Source of the DNA: a virus
Virus record (IMG/VR): IMGVR_UViG_3300042544_003795
Coordinates: 1-64,000 of that record
Length of the DNA: 64,000 nucleotides
Reading direction: 5' to 3' (one strand)
The position numbers were made by a program, and so were the translations under genes. Shown here piece after piece: positions 30,839 through 40,603 of this stretch. Below the pieces are notes generated by a model that worked only from the letters and a program-made list of their open reading frames with translations, made no database searches and was not told the origin of the DNA. Every line of letters starts with the position of its first letter. Position 1 is the stretch's first letter.

Positions 30839-31165
30839 CTAGTAATCCATGTGACTATCCATCATGGCGCGCATCCACGGGAGATGATGCGCGTCATCGT
30901 CAAATGGAGAATCGCAACGCATGTTGCTAAAGAAGTCATCCGTGCTTTCGCATTTATGAACGTGCTTGCCGTGCTCGCTTAGGAACCAATGGATGTCTTC
31001 ATCGCACCAATCAGCTTCATCATCTAGGAAAGTGTAAACCTCGCATTGCCACAGTCTTTCGCCGTCTTCCTCAGCGAGCTCGATGGCAATAATAAGGTCT
31101 TTCTCGACTGTCCGGTCTGAGGTCAAATCCACTTGTGCCAAGTACGGGTTTTTATGGTTATTCAT
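30839..31165 (-). CDS. Cassette cargo family C, acidic (paralog of 34630 and 36158)
   Basis: NPYL...EVYTFLDDE...E.IHWFL.EH...NMRCDS; promoter 8 nt before ATG. Confidence 0.8.
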   Translation of the reverse strand: MNNHKNPYLAQVDLTSDRTVEKDLIIAIELAEEDGERLWQCEVYTFLDDEADWCDEDIHWFLSEHGKHVHKCESTDDFFSNMRCDSPFDDDAHHLPWMRAMMDSHMDY

Positions 31166-31491
31166 AGGACCTTAAGATAGCGCATGATTGCCATCCACGC
31201 AAGTGAATTTTTCTAATTGTTTTCATTTTTCTTGGCGTGCCTATGCATGTTACACCATGCACCATGTTACACCATGCACCATATTACACCATGCGGCACG
31301 TTTTTCGTCAAGTGAAAAAACACCTGATGCGCTAGTAGAGGAATCCCCTAGGCGACGGGCCCGGCTAGGGGATTCCCTTATGGTCGCTTAGGGTATTTTT
31401 TATTTGACACACGAATAGGCAATTCGTGTTATACCATGCGCTATGTTACACCGTGCGGCATGTTACACCATGCCGCACATGTTACACCATA

Positions 31492-31677
31492 TTAGGATAT
31501 CCAATATAATGTTCCGTTCAATGTCATCGACCCATCCCACCACTCATATCCAAGATACCTATTTTGGACGCGAAGAGAGCAAAAGTCTTGGCCCCTGCGG
31601 CCCACAATGCGGGTCACAGGAGAGGCGCCCCACATGGTGGGGATGGTGTATTCGCTCCGGGAAAGGTTAGGTTTCAT
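31492..31677 (-). CDS. Cassette cargo family D (paralog of 33568 and 34095)
   Basis: IPTMWG.S.VTRIV.RRGQD.C..EWWDG; start set to ATG 31677 from TTGCGT-17-TAGAGT-8-ATG. Confidence 0.8.
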   Translation of the reverse strand: MKPNLSRSEYTIPTMWGASPVTRIVGRRGQDFCSLRVQNRYLGYEWWDGSMTLNGTLYWIS

Positions 31678-32080
31678 AGAACCCCACTCTACAGCCGTTC
31701 CTTGAATCACGCAAGTGAATTTTTCTAATTGTTTTTATTTTTCTTGGCGTGCCAACGCATGTTACACCATGCACCATGTTACACCATGCACCATGTTACA
31801 CCATGCGGCACGTTTTTCGTCAAGTGAAAAAACACCTGATGCGCTAGTAGAGGAATCCCCTAGGCGACGGGCCCGGCTAGGGGATTCCCTTATGGTCGCT
31901 TAGGGTTGACATTATAAATAATTAAAAGATAGTACACCATGCGGCAAAGTAGCAAAGCGCAAAAGCTAGTACACCTTGCGCAAAAGTAGTCCGCCGTACT
32001 TTTTCCGTCACCTTAAAATAAAATAAAAATAAATTCATTAGAACTTGCGTTTTTCAGGATAGGGCTTATAATATAATCGT

Positions 32081-32584
32081 ATGAACACCACTACTCTATC
32101 TCACTCCGCTTTCCTTTCCATGCTTCAGGGAAAGCTTGGCGCTCTCATTATTGGGCTTGAAACCATCACTTCTCCTGAAGTGAAAAAGGGCGGTCCAGCC
32201 CATGTTCAAAAATACTCCAAAGGGAGGATTGTGGTCGGCGCATCCTACGCCAAAGCCGTCCGCGCACAAGGGGGGGAAGGCTTTGAGTCTTCTTCCCTTC
32301 CATGGGGGGAATGGCTGATTTCAAAGAAGGTAGTCACTCACAAGGGGGAATTTTATCTGGCCCATGTTCGCCGGAACAGTCCTCCCCTTAAATCGTTTTT
32401 CACCTCACAAGGTGAAATAATAGACAAGGCTGATATCAAGCCTTTCCTAAGAAAAGTGTACGAGAACAAGCGCCAAGCTGAAGCAGGGGTGACGGGAAAA
32501 AAGCAGGTTGATTTCAAGCTGATAAAATTCAGTTCTATAAAAACCATAAAATACGGGGGGAGAACTTTTGAACTAGTCTCATAA
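32081..32584 (+). CDS. Cassette cargo family A, inverted orientation
   Basis: Clear paralog of 29052; TTGCGT-16-TATAAT-8-ATG. Confidence 0.85.
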   Translation: MNTTTLSHSAFLSMLQGKLGALIIGLETITSPEVKKGGPAHVQKYSKGRIVVGASYAKAVRAQGGEGFESSSLPWGEWLISKKVVTHKGEFYLAHVRRNSPPLKSFFTSQGEIIDKADIKPFLRKVYENKRQAEAGVTGKKQVDFKLIKFSSIKTIKYGGRTFELVS

Positions 32585-32662
32585 ATTCCCCCTATCCTCC
32601 CCCCCCTACTTTCCCCATAAGGAGAGTAGGGGATAAAATTTCCATAACCGTCAGGATTTCCA

Positions 32663-32975
32663 TAATCGCTATTAAGCGCCATAGCTCTTCGAAGTTGTAG
32701 AATAACCATAAGAGCCGTAGCGGCTGAAAGCCGCATAATCGCTATTAAGCGCTATAGCTCTTCGAAGTTGTAGAATAACCATAAGAGCCGTAGCGGCTGA
32801 AAGCCGCATATTCTCTATTACGCGCCATAGCTCTTCGAAGTTGTAGAATAACCATAAGAGCCGTAGCGGCTGAAAGCCGCATATTCTCTATTACGCGCCA
32901 TAGCTCTTCGAAGTTGTAGAATAACCATAAGAGCCGTAGCGGCTGAAAGCCGCATATTCTCTATTACGCTCCATA
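32663..32975. repeat. 73-bp tandem satellite array 1 (about 4.3 units)
   Basis: GCTCTTCGAAG at 32684, 32757, 32830, 32903. Confidence 0.95.
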
Positions 32976-33073
32976 ACCCTTGGAACTTTTACAATAAGGA
33001 TTTCCCCTAGTCACGCTTAAGGTGAATAAGAGAGTGACGCACTATGAACGATTACGCCACTCTCTCATTCTTT

Positions 33074-33277
33074 TTAACTTGCTTGACGTTTCCTTAGTTC
33101 GTCAGCAAATGTCATGCCTTGGTCCCTGTAGTAGTTCTCATTATTGGGGGCTGGCAATGTCGCCATTGCTTCCGCCGCCAAGCGGCAATCCATTACAACC
33201 CAATTGAGGCTTTCAATTGAGAGAGTCTTGGCTTTAGCTTTCCAATAAATGAAGTCTAGTGACGTGGCTTGTTTCAT
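33074..33277 (-). CDS. Cassette cargo family E (paralog of 48818)
   Basis: ATS.DFI.W..KAKTLS...NYY.DQG.TFADEL; TTGCAG-16-TATAAT-8-ATG. Confidence 0.8.
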   Translation of the reverse strand: MKQATSLDFIYWKAKAKTLSIESLNWVVMDCRLAAEAMATLPAPNNENYYRDQGMTFADELRKRQAS

Positions 33278-33567
33278 GACACCTCATTATAACTCATTCG
33301 TTGTAACCTGCAAATGTTTTTTTCAATTACTTTAGTTTTTTTTACCATAGCAAATCTCATGCCAAGTAAAACATTTTTTCTGTCAAGCAAAAAAAATCCC
33401 TTACACGCTAGTAGAGGAATCCCCTAGGCGGCGCCCCCGGCTAGGGGATTTCCCTATGATAGCTTAAGGTATTTTTTAGTTGACACGCAAATGAGTAATG
33501 CGTGTTACACCATGCGCCATGTTACACCGTGCGACATGTTACACCATGCCGCACATGTTACACCATA

Positions 33568-33753
33568 CTAGGATATCCAATATAATGTGCCGTTTACTGT
33601 CATTGAGCCGTCCCACCACTCATATCCTAGATACCTATTGTTAACGCGAAGAGAGCAAAAGTCTTGGCCCCTACGGCCCACAATGCGGGTCACAGGAGAG
33701 GCACCCCACATGGTGGGGATGGAGTATTCGTTCCGGAAAAGGTTAGGTTTCAT
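33568..33753 (-). CDS. Cassette cargo family D
   Basis: Near-identical protein to 31492 with synonymous divergence. Confidence 0.8.
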   Translation of the reverse strand: MKPNLFRNEYSIPTMWGASPVTRIVGRRGQDFCSLRVNNRYLGYEWWDGSMTVNGTLYWIS

Positions 33754-34094
33754 AGAACCCCACTCTACAGCCGTTCCTTGAATCACGCAAGTGAATTTTT
33801 CTAATTGTTTTCATTTTTCTTGGCGTGCCAATGCATGTTACACCATGCACTATGTTACACCATACGCTATGTTACACCATGCACCATGTTACACCATACG
33901 CCATGTTTTTCGTCAAGTAAAAAAATTCCTTACGAGCTAGTAGAGGAATCCCCTAGCCGGGGCCGCCGCCTAGGGGATTCCCTTATGATTGCTTAGGGTA
34001 TTTTTTAGTTGACACGCAAATGCGCAATGCGTGTTACACCATGCCGCATGTTACACCATGCCGCATGTTACACCATGCGGCATGTTACACCTTG

Positions 34095-34286
34095 TTATCT
34101 GATGGTGTACATCTGTCCAAATATGGACATGGTGCCATCCCACCATTCCATGGCTATAAATATGCCACCAACATGAAGCTCGCAGTAATCTTGCCCCCGG
34201 CGGTTGACTACCCTAGTCACACGGGAAAGAGGACCCCACATGGTGGGGATAGGATGGAGTTGTGATCTGAATAGTCGTGGTATCAT
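34095..34286 (-). CDS. Cassette cargo family D (diverged)
   Basis: IPTMWG, RRGQDYC, EWWDG. Confidence 0.8.
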   Translation of the reverse strand: MIPRLFRSQLHPIPTMWGPLSRVTRVVNRRGQDYCELHVGGIFIAMEWWDGTMSIFGQMYTIR

Positions 34287-34629
34287 AGGACTTCAATATA
34301 CCACATGCCTTGAGAGACGCAAGCGAATTTTTCTAATTGTTTTCATTTTTCTTGGCGTGCCTATGCATGTTACACCATGCACTATGTTACACCATACGCT
34401 ATGTTACACCATGCATCATGTTACACCATACGCCATGTTTTTCGTCAAGTAAAAAAATTCCTTACGAGCTAGTAGAGGAATCCCCTAGCCGGGGCCGCCG
34501 CCTAGGGGATTACCCTATAATCGCTTAGGGTATTTTTTAGTTGACACGCGAATGCGCAATAACTGTTACACCATGCGCTATGTTACACCGTGCGGCATGT
34601 TACACCATGCCGCATGTTACACCATGCTC

Positions 34630-34965
34630 TTAATAATCCATTTCGACTTCGAATAGTTCGAACATCCATGGGAGACGACTCGCGCCATCATCCCATACGC
34701 TATCGCAACGCATGTTGCGAAAAAACTCGTCAGTACTTTCGTACTTGTGTATTATACCATGATGTTCCGTTAGGAACCAGTGAATTTCCTCGTCTCCCCA
34801 GTATTCTCCCACTTCGTCATCCAAGAATGTATATACTTCATCCTGAGTGACAGGATCAGAGTCTTCCATTGCCATTTGAAGCGCTATAACTATCTGCGCT
34901 TCAATCGTCTTCTCAGACGATAGGTTGATCAAGCTGAGATAAGGATGGTTACTGTTGTTTATCAT
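34630..34965 (-). CDS. Cassette cargo family C
   Basis: Paralog of 30839. Confidence 0.8.
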   Translation of the reverse strand: MINNSNHPYLSLINLSSEKTIEAQIVIALQMAMEDSDPVTQDEVYTFLDDEVGEYWGDEEIHWFLTEHHGIIHKYESTDEFFRNMRCDSVWDDGASRLPWMFELFEVEMDY

Positions 34966-35291
34966 CGGACCTCACTATACATCCGTTCCTTGAATCACGC
35001 AAGTGAATTTTTCTAATTGTTTTCATTTTTCTTGGCGTGCCAACGCATGTTACACCATGCACCATGTTACACCATGCACCATGTTACACCATGCGGCATG
35101 TTTTCTGTCAAGCAAAAAAATCCCTTACGCGCTAGTAGAGGAATCCCCTAGCCGAGCCCGCCGCCTAGGGGATTACCCTATAATCGCTTAGGGTATTTTT
35201 TAGTTGACACGCAAATGCGCAATGCGTGTTACACCATGCGCCATGTTACACCGTGCGACATGTTACACCATGCCGCACATGTTACACCACC

Positions 35292-35522
35292 CTAGGACAT
35301 CCTGTATATTCGACACTCAAAGTTTGACCCTATGGTGTCCCACACCATGTACATTTTCCCGCTTTCCATCAGACCGATAAATCGGCCTTCCGCCGTCCAC
35401 ATGTTCAGATTTACATCTCCCGGTCTTTTGACTCTGAAATGTGGCTGGTCAATTGACCAGCAGGAGACTGTGGACGACCATGTGCGAAAAGAAGGACGGT
35501 TGGCAGTAGTTGTGTTGCTCAT
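35292..35522 (-). CDS. Cassette cargo family B
   Basis: Paralog of 30156. Confidence 0.8.
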   Translation of the reverse strand: MSNTTTANRPSFRTWSSTVSCWSIDQPHFRVKRPGDVNLNMWTAEGRFIGLMESGKMYMVWDTIGSNFECRIYRMS

Positions 35523-35800
35523 AGGACTTCACTATACATCCGTTCCTTGAATCACGCAAGCGAATTTTTTTAATTGTTTTCTTTTTTCTTGGCGTGCCAA
35601 TGCATGTTACACCATGCACCATGTTACACCATACGCTATGTTACACCATGCACCATGTTACACCATACGCCATGTTTTTCGTCAAGTGAAAAAACACCTG
35701 ATGCGCTAGTAGAGGAATCCACTAGGCGACGGGCCCGGCTAGGGGATTCCCCTATGGCCTCTTAAGGGATTCCCCTAAGTTATAAAAACCAGCATCCCTA

Positions 35801-36131
35801 TAATCTCTATTAAGCGCTATAGCTCTTCGAAGTCGTAGAGTAGCTATAAGAGCCATAGCGGCTGAAAGCCGCATAATCGCTATTAAGCACTATAGCTCTT
35901 CGAAGTCGTAGAGTAGCTATAAGAGCCATAGCGGCTGAAAGCCGCATAATCGCTATTAAGCGCCATAGCTCTTCGAAGTCGTAGAGTAGCTATAAGAGCC
36001 ATAGCGGCTGAAAGCCGCATAATCGCTATTAAGCGCCATAGCTCTTCGAAGTTGTAGAATAACCATAAGAGCCGTAGCGGCTGAAAGCCGCATAATCGCT
36101 ATTAAGCGCTATAGCTCTTCGAAGTCGTAGA
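35801..36131. repeat. 73-bp tandem satellite array 2 (about 4.5 units)
   Basis: GCTCTTCGAAG at 35822, 35895, 35968, 36041, 36114. Confidence 0.95.
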
Positions 36132-36157
36132 AAATCTATAATGAATGTTACATCATC

Positions 36158-36421
36158 TTAAGAGTCGTAAAACTCTTTTAGAAATTTCTCCGGAGTTTCT
36201 TTGTATTTTTTATAAATCCTGCGGTCGTCTAAGACGCATAAAATTTCCTCGTGACAGATATATTCTCTTATATCCAATAGATAATAAAAGACCTCCCACA
36301 TTTGGACTTGATCATCGTCCTCATATGCCATTTGCACAACAATCTCCAAATCCGCAAAAGCTTCTTCGAGATTGTTCAAAGAACACTGCTGGAGGTAGGG
36401 GTTCTTATTGGTGTTCATCAT
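36158..36421 (-). CDS. Cassette cargo family C (diverged)
   Basis: NKNPYL...EV.Y.LLD...EEI; start at 36421 from TTGCGT-17-TATGTT-8-ATG. Confidence 0.7.
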   Translation of the reverse strand: MMNTNKNPYLQQCSLNNLEEAFADLEIVVQMAYEDDDQVQMWEVFYYLLDIREYICHEEILCVLDDRRIYKKYKETPEKFLKEFYDS

Positions 36422-36741
36422 CAGGTCACAACATACAGCCGACTCTCTAATCACGCAAGAGTTTTTTTCAATCGTTTTTGTTTTTTTTAGCGCAGTAATA
36501 CATGTTACACCATGCTACATGTTATATCATGGTACCCTAACCGTTAGTAAGGGATTCCCCTACGCGGCGTCCCCGTCTAGGGGATTCCTCTATGGAACGC
36601 TAAGGGAATTTTTTAGTTGACACGCAAATGCGCAATCCGTGTTACACCATGTCATATGTTACACCATGCGACGCGCCAAGATAAATGAAATAAATCGAAA
36701 ATATCCGTTGCGTCTTTCGCGGCCTGTGTTATAGTAAGGAC

Positions 36742-36948
36742 ATGAAAGAAACCCACTATCTCCTATCTGGCCTAAAACCCACAGGCGAGCACCTCGCCCT
36801 TTGGGCTTTAGAGTCCATAGTTAAGCTGTCCCGCCTCCACGGTCATCCCTTAGAAAGACCGGAAGCCACGGAGTGGCTGTCACAGTCTACAGAAAAGTCT
36901 CTTGACCGAGACTGGGTAGAATGGCGATTAGATGGCATCTTTGACTAA
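36742..36948 (+). CDS. Cassette cargo, hypothetical
   Basis: AAAATATCCGTTGCGT..TATAGT promoter directly before ATG. Confidence 0.7.
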   Translation: MKETHYLLSGLKPTGEHLALWALESIVKLSRLHGHPLERPEATEWLSQSTEKSLDRDWVEWRLDGIFD

Positions 36949-37031
36949 GGTGCTATCTCCCTCCCTTAAAAAGTTAAAAATAATCAAAAGGAACTCGACA
37001 CACCCCGAGTTCTATGGTAAACTCCTATACT

Positions 37032-37556
37032 ATGAAATCTCTACTCTTTATAGCCTTTATCTGTTTCACAGCTTTTGCTTATGGCATCTCTTCACCGAGT
37101 GTCAATGGTAAAAGGTTTGTCCCTGACTATTTTCAGATTGCGCTTGACGGCGTAAAGAGTTTTGAGGGTTTCAGAGAGAAGCCATATAAATGTCCGGCGG
37201 GAGTGCGGACTATAGGATACGGCTTTACTGGCCCTTTAGCTAAGGTTAAAAATATCAGTAAAGAAGACGCAGATCTTCTCTTGACTAAAGAGCTTCACCA
37301 ATATGTCTTGACTGTTGAAGATAATGTGAAAGTCCCCTTGACCCGCAATCAGCTTTATGCACTGGCCAGTTTCACATACAACTGCGGAGAAGGAAACCTT
37401 CGCCAGCTTGTCAACGGAAAAAATAGGCTAAACTCCGGAAACTATAAATCAGTTGAGAGGTTGTTACCTAAGTATCGTAAAGGCGGCGGGAAGGTTCTGA
37501 AAGGATTGCAAAAGAGGCGGGAGTGGGAAGTTAAGCTGTGGAAAGGTGAGCTTTAA
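37032..37556 (+). CDS. GH24 phage lysozyme with N-terminal signal/SAR segment
   Basis: EGFREKPYKCPAGVRTIGYG, ALASFTYNCG, GL.KRR.WE; start 37032 from TCGACA-17-TAAACT-8-ATG. Confidence 0.9.
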   Translation: MKSLLFIAFICFTAFAYGISSPSVNGKRFVPDYFQIALDGVKSFEGFREKPYKCPAGVRTIGYGFTGPLAKVKNISKEDADLLLTKELHQYVLTVEDNVKVPLTRNQLYALASFTYNCGEGNLRQLVNGKNRLNSGNYKSVERLLPKYRKGGGKVLKGLQKRREWEVKLWKGEL

Positions 37557-37764
37557 AAGTCAAGCGCCGCCTCCCCCTAAGGGGGAGTAGGGGATTCCCC
37601 TACGCGGCGTCCCCGGCTAGGGGATTCCCTTATGGTCGCTTAGGGGAATTTTTCGCTTGACCCATAAAAACGCAATAGTTGTTACACCATACGACGCGCA
37701 AAAATAAACGAAAACAATTGAAAATATCCGTTGCGTTCCTCACTGCATGTGATATAATGAAATC

Positions 37765-38037
37765 GTGAAACTTGACTCTCTTATCGCCCAGCTCGAAGCT
37801 CTCAAGGCCATGTACGGCCCAGACATAGAGGTCGCCTTCAAGGCGGCGTCAGAAACACAAAGTACGCCAATCACAAGCGCCGCCTTCAATTTCGAGGAGG
37901 CAACCAGAGATTGGATTATATCCCTAGCCTCGGAGGTCGAAGAGGATGAATGCGACTATTCCGGCGAATGGGACGAAGCAGAAAACGACTACGAGAGGAG
38001 AATGGAGGGATGGATGGACTCCAGAGGGGAGGAGTAG
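37765..38037 (+). CDS. Cassette cargo, acidic hypothetical
   Basis: GTG start after TTGCGT..TATAAT. Confidence 0.7.
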   Translation: MKLDSLIAQLEALKAMYGPDIEVAFKAASETQSTPITSAAFNFEEATRDWIISLASEVEEDECDYSGEWDEAENDYERRMEGWMDSRGEE

Positions 38038-38251
38038 TCAAGGGAAAAAATCTAAGAACCCCCCTAAGAGGGGGTAGGGGATTCCCCTACGCGGCGTCCC
38101 CGGCTAGGGGATTCCCCTATGGTACGATAAGGGAATTTTTTAGTTGACTCTCAAATGCGCAATACATGTTACACCATGCGGCGAGCCAAGATATATGAAA
38201 TAAATCGAAAATATCCGTTGCATTTTTTCCTCCCTGTGATATACTGATTAC

Positions 38252-38479
38252 ATGAGTTTACCACATCTTAAGTATATACATTTATCACGATTCGATAAAT
38301 TGGACTTCTTGATTAACAATTGCGGCGAAGGTTTTGTTAAAGAGTGCACTCTCTTGACCGAATTAGTCGGGTACATGTCTGACTCCGACTTTTCTGATTT
38401 CTTTGATAAAATCTGCCGTGAGTGGGGTATTGAGGTATCAGAAGAAATCTGCTGGGATTGGGAGACTGAAGGAGTCTAA
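38252..38479 (+). CDS. Cassette cargo family F (paralog of 42355)
   Basis: RF.KLDFLI.NC...FVKEC.LLTELVGYMSDSDFSDFFDK. Confidence 0.8.
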   Translation: MSLPHLKYIHLSRFDKLDFLINNCGEGFVKECTLLTELVGYMSDSDFSDFFDKICREWGIEVSEEICWDWETEGV

Positions 38480-38699
38480 GGGGAGACGATTAGAAAGTCA
38501 AGAAAACAACTCCCCTAAGGGGGAGTAGGGGATTCCCCTACGCGGCGTCCCCGGCTAGGGGATTCCCCTATGGTACGATAAGGGAATTTTTAGTTGACTC
38601 ATAAATGCGCAATGCGTGTTACACCATCCCACGACAAAAAAAAGAAAAAGAATTGAAAATATCCGTTGCTTTCCTGAAACGCTGGACTATAGTCAAGAC

Positions 38700-39113
38700 A
38701 TGACTCTTCAATCACCACCCGCTATCATCAAAGTTCCTTCCAACGTCTTGGCCGATGCCATGATCAACCGCTACTTCATCGCTGGCTTCCTGAACTGTTC
38801 AGAAGAGCAAATCTCTGACTGGGATATCAACTGGGAGAAAGGACACCTTTCTGTCACCTTTATCCCTGAATCCGATTTTTGGGGAGACTCTCTCAGGGAG
38901 TACCTCAACATAGAGTTCCAGCTTTTCGGAGAGGACATAGAAGGAAACGTCTGGGAGTTTCCCAACTCAGACAGAGTTCTAGAGTGGTTCTCTCTAGAGA
39001 AGAAAGGCCCCATGGGATCATGGAACGCGGGAGTAGCGGCTCACAAAGACAGCATGGAATGGGTGTGCTGGATGATAGCAAATAGCAAGGACGGCCTACT
39101 GAAAGATATGTAA
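38700..39113 (+). CDS. Cassette cargo, acidic hypothetical
   Basis: Start moved to ATG 38700 after TTGCTT..TATAGT. Confidence 0.7.
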   Translation: MTLQSPPAIIKVPSNVLADAMINRYFIAGFLNCSEEQISDWDINWEKGHLSVTFIPESDFWGDSLREYLNIEFQLFGEDIEGNVWEFPNSDRVLEWFSLEKKGPMGSWNAGVAAHKDSMEWVCWMIANSKDGLLKDM

Positions 39114-39337
39114 AGTTGTTACACCAAGCAAGTCAAATAAAAAACTCCCCTAAGGGGGAGTAGGGGATTCCCCTACGCGGCGTCCCCGGCTAGGGGATTC
39201 CCCTATGGTCGCTTAGGGGAATTTTTATGTTGACTCATGAAAAAATAATTCATGTTACACCATCGCCTCCAAAGAAAAAGAAAAACAATTCAAAATATCC
39301 GTTGACTCTCTCTTGGCTTGTGTTATAGTATGGGACT

Positions 39338-39541
39338 ATGAATACCCTATATGTTGTCGAGGCCGAGTCCGGAGTTCACCACGGGAATTGCGAGCTAGGA
39401 GTGGGCCTAAGCCGCGCCGCCGCCATATGTGATGCCTACGGCCCCGGAGGTAAGCTCCCCCGCCATGCGTGGGTCAATATCGTCTCCCGCGAAAAGGAGC
39501 CGAAAAGGTTCGAGCGCCTAAAGGCTCAAAATGGCCTTTAG
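39338..39541 (+). CDS. Cassette cargo, hypothetical
   Basis: TTGACT..TATAGT promoter before ATG. Confidence 0.7.
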   Translation: MNTLYVVEAESGVHHGNCELGVGLSRAAAICDAYGPGGKLPRHAWVNIVSREKEPKRFERLKAQNGL

Positions 39542-39660
39542 TGTCAAGCGAAAAACACCCCTAGGACACCCTAGGGGATTTCCCTACGCGGGGACGCCGC
39601 CTAGGGGATTCCTCTATGATTGCTTAGGGGATTTGCCTAGGGTATAAAAACCATCATTCC

Positions 39661-39912
39661 TATAATCACTATTAAGGTAAATAGCTCTTCGAAGTTGTAT
39701 AATCACTATTAAAGGCTATAGCTCTTCGAAGTTGTAGAATATCCATAAGAGCCGTAGCGGCTGAAAGCCGCATATTCTCTATTACGCGCCATAGCTCTTC
39801 GAAGTTGTAGAATACCCATAAGAGCCGTAGCGGCTGAAAGCCGCATATTCTCTATTACGCGCCATAGCTCTTCGAAGTTGTATAATAACTATTAAGAGCT
39901 ATAACCCTTCAA
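39661..39912. repeat. Satellite array 3 (37-bp monomer then 73-bp units)
   Basis: GCTCTTCGAAG at 39684, 39721, 39794, 39867. Confidence 0.9.
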
Positions 39913-39917
39913 ACTTT

Positions 39918-40244
39918 TCAAATCAATCCCTTCACAATTAACCATGAAGGAGAACCATAACTATCCGTTCCGTCAGGTTCAACCGTTTCACCTAGGATAG
40001 ACTTGCAATTGCCGTTACTGTCCCATCGTGATAGACTTGACACAGAAGGTTCCTTCTTCCCTAGCATTTTAATAGCCGTACCATTGGAGATTTTAAACTC
40101 TGACTCTGAACCGTACACTTTGACACGAGGACGATGACCGATAGCAGTCTCTTCCCATCTAATAGAGAATTTGTTCCCCGCTTTCAGGACACTGCCGTCT
40201 TTCATTTTGATTTCAGTTTTATTGATAAATGAGTGAGTTTTCAT
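39918..40244 (-). CDS. Hypothetical protein
   Basis: C....G..VEPDG.D..G.PSWL motif seen in phage early proteins. Confidence 0.7.
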   Translation of the reverse strand: MKTHSFINKTEIKMKDGSVLKAGNKFSIRWEETAIGHRPRVKVYGSESEFKISNGTAIKMLGKKEPSVSSLSRWDSNGNCKSILGETVEPDGTDSYGSPSWLIVKGLI

Positions 40245-40301
40245 GTATTCAGTTTACCACACGGTTTTCAGATAGCAAAAAGTATTTTCAATTATTTTGT
40301 T

Positions 40302-40601
40302 TTATTGATAAAAGAAATTTTTGGCCCTCATCACAAGAGAAAGATATTGTGAGATTCTGATATGATGAAAAAGTCCACGATCAGGAGATTTTAAATAACC
40401 TTTAATTCCACCGTACTTAGCTATTGACTTATCCGGGTTACGTGGTGGATACAACGGGTTACCCTTGCCTTCTATCTGACCCCAGATATCTACTGTATCG
40501 CCCCACACGGCGGCAGTCAGTCGGATAGTTCCACCCTGTAGTGATGGAACCGTTAGGGTGACGTGATATGGGTGAAGGCCGGGTTGCAATTCAGGTTTCA
40601 T
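40302..40601 (-). CDS. Hypothetical protein
   Basis: 99 aa ORF. Confidence 0.6.
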   Translation of the reverse strand: MKPELQPGLHPYHVTLTVPSLQGGTIRLTAAVWGDTVDIWGQIEGKGNPLYPPRNPDKSIAKYGGIKGYLKSPDRGLFHHIRISQYLSLVMRAKNFFYQ

Positions 40602-40603
40602 TT

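Larger units (their letters stand above)
28957..39262 (+). repeat. 17-bp TGTTACACCATG-N5 tandem repeats in clusters of 1-5
   Basis: About 65 copies of GTTACACC by manual count, all on the same strand; one more at 44364. Confidence 0.95.

Noticed and set aside
29052-36421. Diversity-generating retroelement explaining the paralog pairs
   Set aside because: No reverse transcriptase in the window; differences are not adenine-specific and both copies are full genes
29506-36620. Many short ORFs with MLHH/VTPC/CYTM and EESP motifs
   Set aside because: Translations of the scaffold repeats in shifting frames, with no consistent start or frame
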